From NCBI GenBank assembly GCA_040954595.2, contig CM082590.2, forward strand, positions 7,874,001-7,938,000: a DNA stretch of 64,000 bases, given 5' to 3'. Numbering within the stretch: position 1 is the first letter of the stretch; every line of letters starts with the position of its first letter. A program made the translations under genes and the position numbers. The notes beneath the pieces are model-generated. The model was not told the DNA's origin, searched no databases, and worked only from the letters and a program-made list of their open reading frames with translations. Of this stretch, positions 31,781-46,700 are shown in pieces. The stretch is from Balanoglossus misakiensis (lineage: Eukaryota > Animalia > Hemichordata).

Positions 31781-32898
31781 AAGTGTCTCGTACAATACAA
31801 AAGACGTGAACGCGTGTTATAGGATACCACCTCATTTACAAAAAAAAAAATCAAACCGACTTCACTCAGATTGTAGATTTGAAATCCATGCACGTGTAAT
31901 CCCCCACCCACTTTCTCTGAAAGAAGTTTTATTTTGCTGTTAGTGCGTCTTATGATTTCAAGTACTTCAATCTGTAAGAGTGATGTAATCTTGTAAAAGC
32001 AACCTTTGAAGTCTATACAAGTAAATGTACTAGTGTGTTTGTATTAAGTTTGCAGAATTAATATACATGTTGAAACCAAATGACATTGTTGTCTGGTCAT
32101 TTTTTTAATGCAGACATTTGATGCCCCTATTTGACAATGAATTTCCAATTTGTGTTTGACAGACTGAGTTTGGCTCAAACTTCTCTGGAAATTGTCGATG
32201 CAGTGTGCCCTCTAAGTCCATATGACACGCCACTGACTCAACAAACTCACTGGTCAGGTGACTCAAGAAATCCCTTGGAAAGAAGTTAGAATTGAGCTTA
32301 TTAAAACTAATAATGAGCGACACAATCTCTGCGATTAAACAATGTGTTGGGTATTACTATTGTTTTCTCCAAAAAAAAAAAATTGACTACTGTCTACCCC
32401 TGTTGTGCATCAATACCGGTAGTACAGCCTACAGGTGGATCTTATCATTTTGTGAGTGAGAAATGCAGATAACCAACCCTCTAAACAACCGCCCTAGTTT
32501 CTCTCTGCCAAGGTCATCAAACTTGAACTTCAGAATCTAACAAACACCGGAATGCCCACCATCCAGACAGCACTGTTTCTTTGTTGGGTTGGTTGCCATA
32601 GTAACAGGTGGTAAGTGTGTCCACCGGAGTTTAAGTGGGGAGTTGGTCCCGGCCACTAAAGATGATCAATAACACCAGATATGTGTGTTTTTATCAGGTA
32701 AAGGTGAGATAGGGTTGCAATAAAACACTGATTACTATATGTGTCAACTGCAGTGATTCTACCAACAGGGACATTTCTTCCCTTCTGTGGGTCATTTATC
32801 ATTGTAAAATCAAACCACATCAAGATACAAGCCTCCACTCGGCAATCAATTCTTCGTAAAGACTCATGTTTGCTTTGGAAGAACGGAGCATATTTATA

Positions 32899-33076
32899 CA
32901 GTAAGACCTGTGTAAACCGAACCCTGTCTAATCTGGAAACCTGTCTATACTGAACACCTTTTCCAGTCCCTTTGACATAGAACCACATGTTAAAAGAACC
33001 TCTATTAACCGGACACCTCTGCAAACTGAACAATTTCTTCAGTCCCTTAGGTGTTCGGTTCAGACAGGTTTGACTG
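32899..33076. mobile_element. Tc1/mariner-type MITE (TA|CAGT...ACTG|TA)
   Basis: ta|cagtaagacctgtgtaaaccga ... tcggttcagacaggtttgactg|ta. Related copies at about 26090-26219, 51850-52030 and 52395-52624. Confidence 0.7.
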
Positions 33077-33095
33077 TACACATGCCCATATATGA

Positions 33096-33231
33096 TTAAA
33101 GGGGCACGTCTTAGTCTTCATGTGACTGTTTGGTGGCTCACTTTTTTCACATGGCCACCCCGTAAAATTGTGATTGGCTGGATCTCAACACAGTGACTGG
33201 ATAAATTTGCAAAACGATCATGTACCTTTAA
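33096..33231. mobile_element. Short TTAA-flanked element (Kolobok-like ends), related to about 2899-3092
   Basis: ttaaaggg...cctttaa ends; the internal atggccacc...aaa..tgtgattg.ct.gatctc is shared with 3002-3040. Confidence 0.45.
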
Positions 33232-34771
33232 GAGGGCAGACAGAGGGGGAAAAACTTGCAGTTGGAAATATTGCATTCATAAACAATATGTGAAAATATT
33301 TATGCAAATTATGCCACAATTATTTCTGATAACAGTACTATCAATCTATGGTTTACCATTTTGGGGTAAAACAATTCACAATAAAACTCGCCATTCCATG
33401 AAAATAAAGTATCACAACAGAATTTCATTTTGAATAGGCTAGGAATGAATTAAAGTAATTTAATTTTTTACTTGAGGATATGTTGACTTTACTGATTAAT
33501 TTCTAAATCAATACACATTTATCTATTTATTTAATGTGGTGTTTATTTTTCTTATTTGTGACAAAAAATTAAAAACTGAATAAGTTAACCATGTACAAAT
33601 GATTATTTAAGTGGTTAGATGCTATATCTGTCAATCTGGTATTCCAAAATTATTAAAACTGGGCATATAAATATTGTTTTAGTGCGAAAAGAAGAAAAGT
33701 CTAGAGGGAAAAAAAGTTTTGGGTCTTTGAAGTATTTTTCTGGTGATTATTTTTCTAGATTGCAAAAGAACTCGGCATTGACCACGGTACTATAATAAAC
33801 ATTGATCTGGGATTTTAATACAAAGGTGTATTGAACCTGTGGTTGAGTTTACCAACGGCACACACAGCGGGACTCTGACAAGTGTTTGACGCCGGGGGTC
33901 TAATTGTACTGAAGAAACTCGCTGAACTACACGAAAAAATCAACGTGTCAAGGGCAACGGGAAATCGTTCGATTGAAATGGTATTTTACCTTCAATCGAA
34001 AACATCTGATCATTTGTGAGCGTAGATCCAGATAAAAGAAGCCCGGCCCGGTATTTGGGGACGTAGCACCCGTGCGTCTGTAGTCAGGGCAAGCTACATT
34101 TGCGCGTTCTTGACAACCAACCACAAGGTGTACATTTCCCGTCATTTGAGAAGTTTTGTTAATAAACTAGTGGGTTTGAAACATAACTAACAGCATTTGC
34201 AGCAATGTGTACCCTGTTCGGATTGCGTCATTGTCAATAAAGCCATATAGGGGATAGGGTCTCGTCGTCAAAAGTTTGTGCATGTCTTATTTACGCCATC
34301 GTCATATCAACAGGCGCAAATAAATGTAAACAAATAAAAACTCCAGCATACGTCAACGGTTTGTTCAGACTTTTATCAACACTGAGCTATTCTGGAACCC
34401 TTTTCTTTACAGTGAAGGGCTAGGCTGGTTCGTTTTACGCGTCGCTATCAACTTTTCTCGTCAAATGCGCTCAAAATAAAGTTGTAAAATCAAAAGTTGC
34501 AACGTTTTGCTGGGTCAATGATAGGTCGGTGTTTCCTGCCATTGCCTAGCACGAGCCTCCGAATGACCCCGGGATGACCCTTATGAATAATCAATCATAT
34601 GCTAATATTATTTCACCCAATCCCTTTTCATGTTAGAGGTCACATGACTACATATTCTCAAATATATTTTTATTCGTATTTGTATGCAGTGACTTTGGTG
34701 GAAAATTGCTATCTTTCTGAGAGGATTTCCTACAATTTTCGCCCATGTAAGGCCATATGTGCTGTTCCTAA

Positions 34772-37700
34772 ATGTCTCATGGTGGAGAGAAGTCCCCTCA
34801 GGTAAGTCCGTCTTTTTTCCCGACGATGTTGCGAATATAATTTCGGTTACATTTCCGCCTAGACATCGCCGGGTAGCGACTCTCTCTATGCTATGACCGC
34901 CATCTTGTTCTGCATAGGAACCGATTCATTGCAAGCTTATTATCGGAAATTCATCATTTTCCGAAGTGATGGAACGTCTTCAATCGTTCCCCGGGCTAGA
35001 TTTGTGTGCATATTCCGGCGATCGCGGCGTCTAAAGCAGTGGGCGTTTTCCGCGTGCAAACATCGCTGGAAATCCCGAAACACGAACGTGTTGTAATGAC
35101 ATGCAGTGCCCGTGTTAGTGATTACGAACCGCGCCCATGCCGGTTTGACATGCGGATGAAGTGAGCGTAAATCGCCTGATTATTATGTTGATGTGGGTGA
35201 ACTTTTGCTGAAAAAATACAAGAACGTTAATCTGTATTGTTAAGTGGTGTATTCTTAAGTTGATTTCATGTGTGCGTCTGATATAGTACCTAGACAGGGC
35301 AATGATTGGGCTGGGTCATCATTGGTTCAACGCATGACCCAGGCCAACTGCCTTGCTTCATAGTCTCAAATTACTTTCTCTCACTCCAAGGCGGGACGAT
35401 CGAGCCCTGCCACTGTGATATACACCATCCCCGCATTCCTCCCAATTCGCCTTGTACCCCACCCATCACGTTTACACCGTCAGATCGAGTCCATCCGTAC
35501 ACTTTCCTGTCTAACCATATAGGGTGGTGAAAGTGTAGAATGCACGTAGAAAACGTAATATATAACATAGCTGTTTTGCCAAAACTTAAATTCAAGCTAG
35601 CAAAATATCGTTTGAACTCAGTCGCATTTTATATTTCACGATGACATTACTATTTACTAGTTATTTTGATTACAGAAACAGCACTCGTGAATTACATACA
35701 CAACTGTTATGTATAACGATGTACGTTTCTTTGTCAAATGATAATACCATTCTTTCATTCAACTTAATTGATTAACACTTAGTAAGGCTGTCCACCATTA
35801 TGCAGAGTTTCACAATATTTCTGCCAATTGCACAACCCCAGCTGTAACCGTTAAGCCACTTCAGGAAAACATCGGTTAAATTTTAACTCTTTAAATTGAA
35901 AGTATGTGTGTGTTGACATTTCTGTGTGGTGCAGTTTCAACTGGAAATCAACAATCTCTCTCCAAGCCCAAACTCGATGTGTGAGCGATATTTTGTTGAC
36001 ATGTTTTTGCATGAGTCAGCTTATGTCGTGATCATGAATTATTTCAAGTAGGCGTAAATCATTTTTTGCATCGTAAATAAAACAAAAGAAATCCTGTTTG
36101 GGGATTGTGGCCATCATATTAGAAAATATTTATATCTGAGCGTTTTGTTTCACGTGAAAAAAATCGTACTAATTGATCCGAAGTTCATGGTTTTTCTCTG
36201 GTGATTCAATTATTTATTTCATGACCTTGGCCTTTCTACCCTTCAGAAGCTCTCAGGCAGTAAATCAAAATATTGCCTCCGCTGGACAAACTTGATCTGT
36301 GTTGAGTTGGGTGTGGTATAACTTCTGGAATTTCGGTTGATAGCGTGTGTGTCGCAGTGGGGTTGCGTTGCCCAAATGCTTGCTGTTTACCCGATCTGTC
36401 TATCGATGTGAGCTATGAGAGTCTTCATCATTGATTACTCGATAGAGAACTTCAACAGAATTTGGCTTCCTGATCTTTGGTCCAGATTAGCCTCAAGGGC
36501 GGATTGACTTTGGAAAGTTCGGTTTAAAATATTATTGAGGAGAATAAGTAGCCTTTGCTGTAAAAATCGCAGCCATAGGGAATATAGGAATAAAGTTATT
36601 ACCTTAGTCTTAGTGTGAAAGTATCCACATACAAAAAGTTGTAGTATACACCAAACGTAAACTCTTATGTCTATGCTCTAATATTCGATACATTCAATTA
36701 ATGGGTGGCGTAATAATTTCTGTATTTGTAACTTGTACCAGCACCTGTAATACCAGTGCTACATAATGATGCATAATGAGATGGTCGTCGGAAAACGTTT
36801 AACTTTTGACCTGAATCAGGAAGCGAGTTTTATATCGTGTTTCATCACATATTTGCGTGCGGTGTGAGATGTGAGGATGAAACGTTGAAATGAACATTGT
36901 CGCTGTATTTCACGGAGCTGTAGTGAAGCGTTTGCCAGTTATTCGATAGGTCATGAAAGGTCATTCTTAGCGTGATGGATTGATTTGATAATCTGCGAAG
37001 GAAACAACAAAAGGGGTCAGAGGTCATGCCGTTTAATGGCAGAGTGCCCAGAACAGGCAGGTGGTCGAATCGAAATGATGTGTATATTACGTACGTGGAC
37101 AGCACTACCCCTTAAACCACCGTGGTATGGTCCAACTCAATTGTTTTCTACATGGTAAAGTTGGTGGGGGGGGGGTGGCTTGCTTTTGATGTGAACAATT
37201 AGATGATTCAATTAGATCGACCGTCCACAAGAAATTAGCTTAGCAAAGATCCTCAAGTGATTTTTTGGCTCAGATAAGTTTCATCCTGTATAATATGTTT
37301 GTCTGGTTACAGGTACTTGCTTTATAAATAATTGCAGGTTAATTGAAAATCATAAATCTGAAGTGATATTAACCGGTTTGCGACACTGTTAAATTCGCTG
37401 CGATAATTGTCTGGAAAGTGGCTAATAGTTCAGGTATTGCGGGCAGTAAATTGAAAATCTGATTTTCTCTCTCTTTATCGGTCTCAGGTTAATTTTATTA
37501 CGTTTTATAAGACGTTTATTGACGATTATTTGCTATCTGTGAAATGCTGAATTGATAGTAAAAAATGAGGAGATGAAAGAATAGGCGTGCTACGGAATAA
37601 AATGTGGCATGGGTCAACGCGTATGTAAGATTACATGTATTTCTATTGCGATTTTCTGCACATTGGTTTGTTTGTGCCAGGGTGTGTACGACAGGTTGGA

Positions 37701-40700
37701 ATTTCACGTTTCACCTTTTGCCAGGCACTCTACCTTACATGCTCTCATACGTCAATCAGGTAGATTGTACAATTGAACATGATTCAGAGTGCTCACAATT
37801 TACTTCCCTTTTGATGTTTCACTGTCTGCCGAATAATATTGTCCTCAAAACATACATGAATATTTAACCCATTTCCTGTCATGTCAGTCGAAAACGGAAA
37901 GCATCAATGTTTCTTTCACGTCTATTTTTGTCGCCGGGGTTTGTCTGGGCGTGTCTCGTACTGAAATATATAATGTGTTAAAAATTTGTTCTTTTTTTGA
38001 TTGATTGAGTACAAACCTGTCTGAACAAGATTTTCATTGACACGATGACCTCAAATTCAATGTGCCTCTTTATAAGTGTCTGCAACAAACAATTTTTTTT
38101 TTTTGGGGGGGGGGGGTTCCCCAGATCACCTTGATATAAAATGGGGAAGAAGGGAGGGTCTCTGAAATCTGACTCAAGAAGAACATTTCATCCATTCCCC
38201 AAAAAATGTAAAATGGAATCTTCCACACTTGCACCTGACATTTCAAGTTCATGTACACCGCGAATCAATGTCGTTTACATCTTATCAATTTCCTGCAAGG
38301 GCAGACTTCCCTAGATCATCCACCTGGGTCTCTCTCATCCATACAGACCGTTTCCACGGTAACCTCTCCTCCGGCGATACTGCGTTTTTTTTCCGGGAAT
38401 TGTTTTGTCGATAATCAGCGCGACATCGGGAAATGTAGTATATTCACAGATCCCTGCTGTGTTCTTACATTAACAACACTTGTTTCATTTCAAATTGTAC
38501 ACGTTGATGAAAGACAGACAAGGTCCCAAACCACATTGTTTGCACCCCTCGTAAATTTTAATGTAGGTTAATATTGACATCAAATATTCTTTGGTAAGGT
38601 CAAACTGTTGTTATCGATCTAGATTAAAATTTTCCACAGATCAATAATTTTGATTACTTTAGCTATTATTTTTTTTTGCAGAATGGACATGAAATATGGT
38701 CTTATTCATAATTGAAGTGAAATTAAACAATAATTTTTTGGAGTGGCCAAATATGCAAGAATGTCTTGACTTATATTAATTTTTTGCAGGATCTGATCTG
38801 TCAACAAACTGTCTCTAATTTTTTTAATGCTATTATTAAGAGAAAATTGTTATAGAAATTGTTCAAATTTGCCTTTTGAAGGTTATGTACATGTCACATA
38901 CATGTACGTTTGTTTGCCAGACACGCAAGAATTTCCCCCAATCAATTTGACCTTGATGTACAGAGGTCATTCCCCTGTGGGCTCTACACATTACATCATC
39001 GCAGACCACTTCTGATGATTGTATATTGTGTCATGTTTAGTGGCCATTTTATGCCGTTTGTCTGAAAACGTAAAAAACGAAAACCGCTTGTTTAGCAAGA
39101 GAGAGGTAAACTGGGTCAACGCGTTCTACGAATACATGCTCTGAGCGTAAACTATTCCGATTACTGTTATTCTCGGCAAGGCAAGTGAAAGATTTATTTT
39201 CAGGGTGCCATAAAACTCACTGACATTAAGACTAGTTTTATAGCCAACCTGCTTGAAACAGGATTTGAATTGCCCGTTTTAGAATCGTAGTCTCGTTGAG
39301 AGATTTGTGAATGAAAAGTTCAGTCATTACATTTATTTGTATATAAAATAGACTTATGTGAATGAAAGTTCCAATATGTTACATTTGTATATATAATAGA
39401 CATGATACGTGACAATGAAAATATCTTTTGGCCGTTTAAGTCTGATCGTTATCTGTGTCTGATTTAGTGACATTTGGAGTGAAAAGTCTCGTAAAAATCT
39501 GCAGTTGTTTAGGAATTGAGAACAACCATCTTAAAGGCATACAACCATCCTCATTTACATATGCCCATATATGGTTGATAGAGGCCGTATCGAACAACCA
39601 CTTTCGTTCATTCGTATCAGTTTTTATATTGCAGTCTTGTCATAGCCCCAGTGTTGATGTGTGTTTTCATACGCTGGTTAGCAACAGTGCGATAACCTCT
39701 GATAACTGTGGATGTATACGTCAATAGTATTGTGGTTTTTAAACGGTGTTATCGACAGAAAAACACCGCATATCAATAAGTATAAAGTACTGAAATAGCA
39801 TCATTGTAAAAGTACCCTTTTCTTCGCACGAGAAAGTGAAATCTTTTGGGTGTATAGGGGTTGAAATGGATGTATTTTCGTATATGCATGCATAAGTATG
39901 CACGCAATTCCGGGCGTATGTAAATTATGCACGTTGTATGTTTCAGTACAGACTTTCTATGTTGCCAACTACGAAGTCACTACATTCGAACAATATAATT
40001 ACTCGCAAAGCGACGTCCAGGTACGACTAACCAGCTGCTGTCATGATATATAATTAAACGAACAGACAGTATGTTTGAATGCTTTTCTCGTTGAATAATC
40101 TGTCTATGCACGCACATATGTACAAATCATACAACCACGTTGTATTGACTTATCTCTGTGGTTTGAAATATCACCAGATGTCACCTGTAGTGTCCGAATA
40201 TAATATATCTTTGTCATGTTGAAAATAAAAAAAATTGTCACAGCTGAATTAGGATGCGCATGAATTATTCGACCAGGCATTGTCATTTCATGTATTATCT
40301 GAGATCAGTGGGTGTGTTGAATTATTGAAACAGGAAACAGAGTGAAACTACGATACGGTTGTTGGTTGTGTACTAAGTATAATATGTTGCGTTGTGATGA
40401 AAATACAAGGAACTAAAGTTTGTTTTGAAATCAATCCATCTTCCCATAAAAGAGAGTACTTAGTAAAATTAACATAATCAACACAATTTATGAAAAACTT
40501 CTCTAGAATATCAAATTGAGTAAGTTTGCAATGGGGTTAGCTAAATTTGACCCATTATCACTCTGCGTTAGATGGAAATATTTTTATAATCGCGGACTTA
40601 TAATTTGTACAATTTGAAGGCGTGTAGCATACCTTGTATGTAGATTAGCAACTTAGTAACTAATTAACAGTCATGGCACGTTGTGTTCTTGTAGTTGTAT

Positions 40701-43700
40701 TACACTATTGCTGTATCCAGAAATATGACTTGCCCGCGGTTGGTGTTTATTTCAACGACAAGCCATCAGCCAGATGAAATTTCCGACGAGAATTTCTGTG
40801 GTAGTGTGATACTGCTTGGTGAGCTAGTAATTCTCGGATTAGCGACACCGAAAAAATTCTTGACTGCAAATTTGTTTTTATAATTGTGAATTTTCAGGGC
40901 ATATTTGACAAGTGTGACCTCCGTTTGACATGCGGTCCTAAGCCATCGATGACTCATTGAAGTACACACACGTATACAGTTACGTACAACTGCCTGAATC
41001 ATGAATTTGGATAAATTATGAATGCACAGAACGAGATATCTGTATTTCCAATTGGATAAATTCCAATAGCTCTGTTTCACTGGGTTATTTTTCTCGACGT
41101 GGGATTTTGTTCCCTTGGTTATGAATATTCATGACTTGTCACGACAACCTAGGGCTCTCATATTGCAGGTTAGATTTTTTCTACGAGGAAATAACGTTTA
41201 CTGCAATGCTAATGGTCAGCATTTTTTTAAAGAGATAGTCTGTAAAGGCACACACACACTGGTCAGTAGTGAAATATTGGTATTTTAGGGGCACGTTTCT
41301 TTCACTTGAGAAATACCATTGTCTTGATTCGTGCAGACAGGTTCTTGTAGCGTATCTCCAGATCAGGTTCACATCACGACTTGTGTGTGTTGATTATATC
41401 GGGCATAATTCGATCACCAAGCAACAGTATGTTTGCCTCGATGTCGTAGATCTATGTATTGTAATATAGTATTCATTCATTACAAATACCTATAGCTCTT
41501 TCGATTTAGTAGTTGCAATGTACATGTACGTTTGTATAGGTCTTTTGCTTCGGTTTGTAATTGCAAAGCTGACTTTTACATGAAAGTTTTATGAGTCCTG
41601 TTGCTGTATATGTTTGAAAAAGAAGTCTTAAATATAAAGTATTCAGAATTTTTTAAGGGTTTCCTAGCCAAGAGAGTAAAAAATTTCAGAGGGTGTGTTG
41701 GAAAGAAAATGTACACCTGGTAAATATGTTTACATGTCGATCAGTTAGTACCTGTTATCATTTTATGGGATAATTTGTTTTGAATTTTAGATTTCACTTC
41801 AGTGCTGTAGGCTGTCGGAATCAATATTGTTTGTTGTGAAATATTGATCGGTTTGCCTTTCATTCAGGGCATGACACTACCGATTGGTTTGTAAACGTTC
41901 AAGTCCGGACCTGTTTCATTTTGGGGGAAAAAGCGTTGTATTGTTTGAGTGCAGATCTGTCAAATATATGTGTTCGCCTCGCAGCATATTTGTATTGGTA
42001 ACCGCCTTTTAATTTGTCGAAACGAATTGAAACATTTCAATAATAGAATTAGTTCAATTGTAATGCAAATACGGTTTCGAGTATTCCTATGGTGAAAATT
42101 GCATTAATAATATTTGCCTGTAAAAACCACAAGTGGGCTTGAAAGAATTGAGAAAGATCTCTACAAACATTTTTCAAATTTATAGATGGGTGTTGTCCCG
42201 TCTGAGAGTTCGGTCCCTGTACGACACGCTTGCTAGCGTAGCTAGTCAAGTAGGTGCAAAGTGTAACTGCTACAATGTACATCATTGATAACAATATGGT
42301 TGTTACTTTGTATTACACTGTACCTCATAGTAAACAATGCCTTGTTTCGTTTTTCATCACATTTTCAACTTATTTGTATATAATATGTAGCAGTTGACAT
42401 GGTCTCTTTTTACAGAAAAGTTACATTTTGATATAATTTGAATTCCAATGTTGCAATTCTGTCTGTGATCTTTGTTCTTTTTGCAAAATTAACATCAGTT
42501 AGCAAGTGACATCCTCTATGGACATGAGTCCAATTTCTGTTCGAACAGGTGTTACTGTCTGTCAGTGATAAGGCAAAGTGTTTGCGCAAAATATACATGA
42601 ATTATTCAAGTACAGATGGTCTAGACAGTCAAAAAGTCACAGACATGTTATAGTTAATATTTGGTTGAAGAAAATGATTAAGTTTTTGGCTCAGTCTGTC
42701 TGAAGGACCCTTGTGTGTTTGCACTTTTCAATTGGTGGCATAATAAATGGCAGTTGTAATATATACTTAATTTGTTCAGTAGAATGTAGCTGTGTTTCTG
42801 TGTGCATGAGTGTGTGTGTGTGTGTGTCTCTGTGTGTGCCTTGCATACGTACTTCCGTGCGTGAGGAGTTAGCATATCTCTTGTTATCATAATCACCAGC
42901 AAACCTGTTTCTCAAGAAAGGTTTCTGTCAAATCGTTTTAGTCTTGCCGATTGACCTTGGGAAATCGAGATGACATTGTGTGGTCTCTGAAACAATTATG
43001 CACCATCGGAATTGGTGGTCTTGACTTGAAAGCTGATTAATTTCATGCCGGATTGAACGATGCGAGTTGAAACGAATACTATGAAATCGTTCATTTATTG
43101 TGTCTAGGATACCGTGACCAACATCTCCTGTGTGTGATTTCAATGTGATTGGGAACAGAGAAAAAGAAACAGAAAAAAAAAAAAACAGGTCTTTGGTCTT
43201 CGCGTGCCTGGTTACCACTGACAACACGGCAGTATGTCTATTGTCGCCGTTGTTGTATCGTGACGCACTGTAGACACAGGACGGGCCACGCCTGCTTTGT
43301 GTGGAACCCGGTGTTTATGCTGCATAATAGGCTTTGTTTGGGGCTGTTGTCTGGAGACTTGTAAATAGGTCGTGCGAGGTCAACAGGTCCGACAGCCGCT
43401 CAGTAATTTGAAAACACACGAAATTCGATTGCGGTGCGTATAGAATTCTTTCAACAATATGTTTCTAAAGTCTAGCCCTCCAGCAGTGGAAACTTTTTTT
43501 TTTGCGGTATTTTTTTTTTTTTCGTATCCACTGTGACAAATCTAGCGTTTTCATGGTTAATTTGCTATGAATAATTTTCAATTATTGTGTACTGCAGGAA
43601 TTGATGTGGTTTTATTCGAATTTTCTTCGGGCAGACTTTTTTTCTTTCAACCAAAAATGTAGGCATACTTTTATTCAACGCTCTATTCTTGTAATTGGGC

Positions 43701-46700
43701 CGGTGACCGTGATTAAATGTAAACATGATTTTGAAAGTTTTACTCACAGTTCGAATGTATGTACTCACGCACGTCAGTCAGTATGCGTGACGTTTCGCGA
43801 AAATAAAGAATACAAGGTCATTGTCAAGTAAACTCAAATCAATAAATGAGGCTACTGGAAAATAAAGATACAAAAGCTTTTGTGGACATTGGGGAAATTA
43901 CTTTATTTTGACGACATTGCGATTTTGTGATATAGACAATAAGTGTGTTTGTAATCAGAAAATTCGCACATGTGCAGTTAAGACAATCCTTCCCCTTTAA
44001 GAGTTTTTTTTATACTTTTTTTTCTAATATTTCCGTTGTTCAAACCACAGGACAAAATTAATTGATCACAGCAATCCATGCATATAAAATATCTCAGTTG
44101 TGTGTTTGTATTGGTGTGAGTTGAACAAAGCATGCTTGACTGAATCTGGAAAAAAAAATTGCGAAAAATTATTACGTGGCGAAAATGGATTACTGAAAGC
44201 TACACGTGTGTGTTTAGGCTGAAATGTACGGGTGAGGCCGTGTCAAGCCAGCATATTGGAGATTTCTGCAAAGCAGGCTGGTACAGGGGTGACTATTGAT
44301 GTGTTATAACCATATGGCGTGCAGGTTATTAGCGGAACTAGTAGGGATAGACCATTAGTGGTTAAGGGGGAGGGGGAAGAATGTGGGAAATAGGCGAATT
44401 CATTCGGGGGAAATTGATCGAACTTGTCATTCTATTTATCCACCCACCAAGATTAAATTTCTCAGTTTTCGGGTGTGCGACTAAGTACGTGAACAGCTCC
44501 AACATTGCAACTAGTGTCAGAATTTGTTCGCAAATCGAGCATGGCTACAAGCTATAAATAACTCCACTCCACTTGTTATTGCATTTGCGTGACTCATATT
44601 TGTCTCAAAGTACAATTTTTCAGGTCATATGGAAGTGTGTGGTCATCAATCATAAATTTATTGTAAAATAGTGTGTAAATAGGGGTGTTGATTTACGACT
44701 TATGTCATCAATACAGATGAATTTTCACGAACGTTTGAGAAAAGAGCGAATGGAACTGTAATATTTGCATAAATTTGCATTACGCATTTGAAATTGATTA
44801 GCCATTGAACATTGATTGTGGTCAGTGTGTGGTATCGACAAATGGGAAAAAATAAACTGTTCACTGCATAAAAAAGTCACACTCATAAAGCGTACCCTGT
44901 CATCCTGTTCAGAATTTTGGATTTCTACCAGTACATACGACAGATTCTGAGTATTTTCTTACAAATTTTGAAACGGCCTTGATCTGGAGAATTTTAACAC
45001 CAAACAATGCAAACCATTGATTACTCGACACATGATACACGCGGAGTGCTTTGCTCATTTGTCTTGTGTTTTTGTAGCCATGACAACCAGCGCAAGCCCA
45101 AAACAGAGTATAAATTATTCTCGATCGAGTCAACGGAAAACTTGCGATCTGATAAGTTGTGCGCATACCTGTGTTGGTATTCCATTGCCCAACTCTACAT
45201 TCGAGCAACACGTGATACGTTTAGAATTTGTTGAAAATGGTATTTTTGATGTGCCGTGTGTTTGTAATTGATACACTATATGTGTGGCAATGCGCATCAA
45301 TTCTTCAGGTGCCTTTTTCGCTCAGTCAATTTTTTCGTGGGTTCAACATCACTAATACAGCACAAAATTTGTTAATCACAAAAAAATAGTTAGTTCAAAA
45401 ATCATGGTGGATTATTTTCTGTGAATCATTTACAATGAGAAATATTTCTCTTGAAATCTATCAGCATAACTTTGTGAACACGTCAGCCATTTTACCTATT
45501 TTGATACAATTGCATACATTCGAGAATAATTGACCTGGGGTCAACAAACTTTACGAGTGGACATCACTCTGTTGCCAGGCGGACGAGACCAGTGTTTTGG
45601 ATAAATATTCTCAAGTAGTTTCTTTTTGTTATGTTTGTCTTTTTTTAACGGTAAAAATTGCTATTTTTCAGTGGTAGCGCTGTACGTCTTATTTCGGTCG
45701 AATGGCGAATGGTTTATAAATGTCGTAGAGTTTATATTTACGTTTATTCACTCAGAGTATGTGGAAGATACTTCTGCATGTATGAAAAGTGCTTTTATTA
45801 ATAGTACATGTGTCTGTTGAATAAAAATATATTCACTATTATGGTATTTAAGACAAGGACTATATATAGTGTTGTATTGTCTTTATATATATAACAGAAA
45901 AGGCTGCGAGTTTCGTATTTGTCTCTGAAAGCGCTGTAAACTCGTTTTTTAGGGACCATTGGTTTTTACCATGGGACCTTATGGGATCGGTTGCGTCTGT
46001 ATGTATGGATGGATGTATGTATGTCTGTATGTCCGTCTACATCAAAAACTTGAAAACCGCTGCGCGTATAACCTCGATATTTGGTGTGCAGATGCAGGCT
46101 GGGCTGTAGATGGGAGTTTGTTCAAATGAAGTTGTCATTGCCAAAAATATGCAAATTAGCTGGAAAAATGTGAATTTGGTCAAAACTCAGTAACTCAAGA
46201 ACTACTGTTTTTTTCTTCGACAGGCGAAGACACTATCAGCCGAGGTGGAGCCGTTTGTTCCGAGTCACAATCCACCGGGTGCCCGGAAAGATCCGTTGGC
46301 CGCTGGCGATTCTGTGACCGCCCCGTCGCAGCAGCCGTCGCAGCAGCAAGCGTCGCAGTCGCTGCCACCGCCCTCGGAGCTCATGCACAGCGTACCCAGC
46401 CGCAAGGACTCGACAGCGAGCAGCTCGACTCTCGGAGATCTGCCTGCGTATATGACAAACTGCTACCCGTTTGTGCAAGAACAGAGGTAAGCGGTAATCG
46501 TTACCGTTAAAGGGCAACAATCGTCTAATGCACATGTGCCAAACTAGAGACTCTGGTTACAAAAAGTATAGAGTCAATGCAAAGACAGTGTGCTGTCCTA
46601 ACAACAGACAAGATGGCGGCGACCATAGTCTGTGTCGGAGATCGGGAAACAACAGCACATTGGGTGAAAAGACCAGACAAAACTAAAGTCTACTCATATG

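Noticed and set aside
33240-46200. Short ORFs of 60-105 aa upstream of and within SECISBP2L intron 1
   Set aside because: Random-looking composition, many non-ATG starts, and no domain motifs or consistent splice-phase chains.
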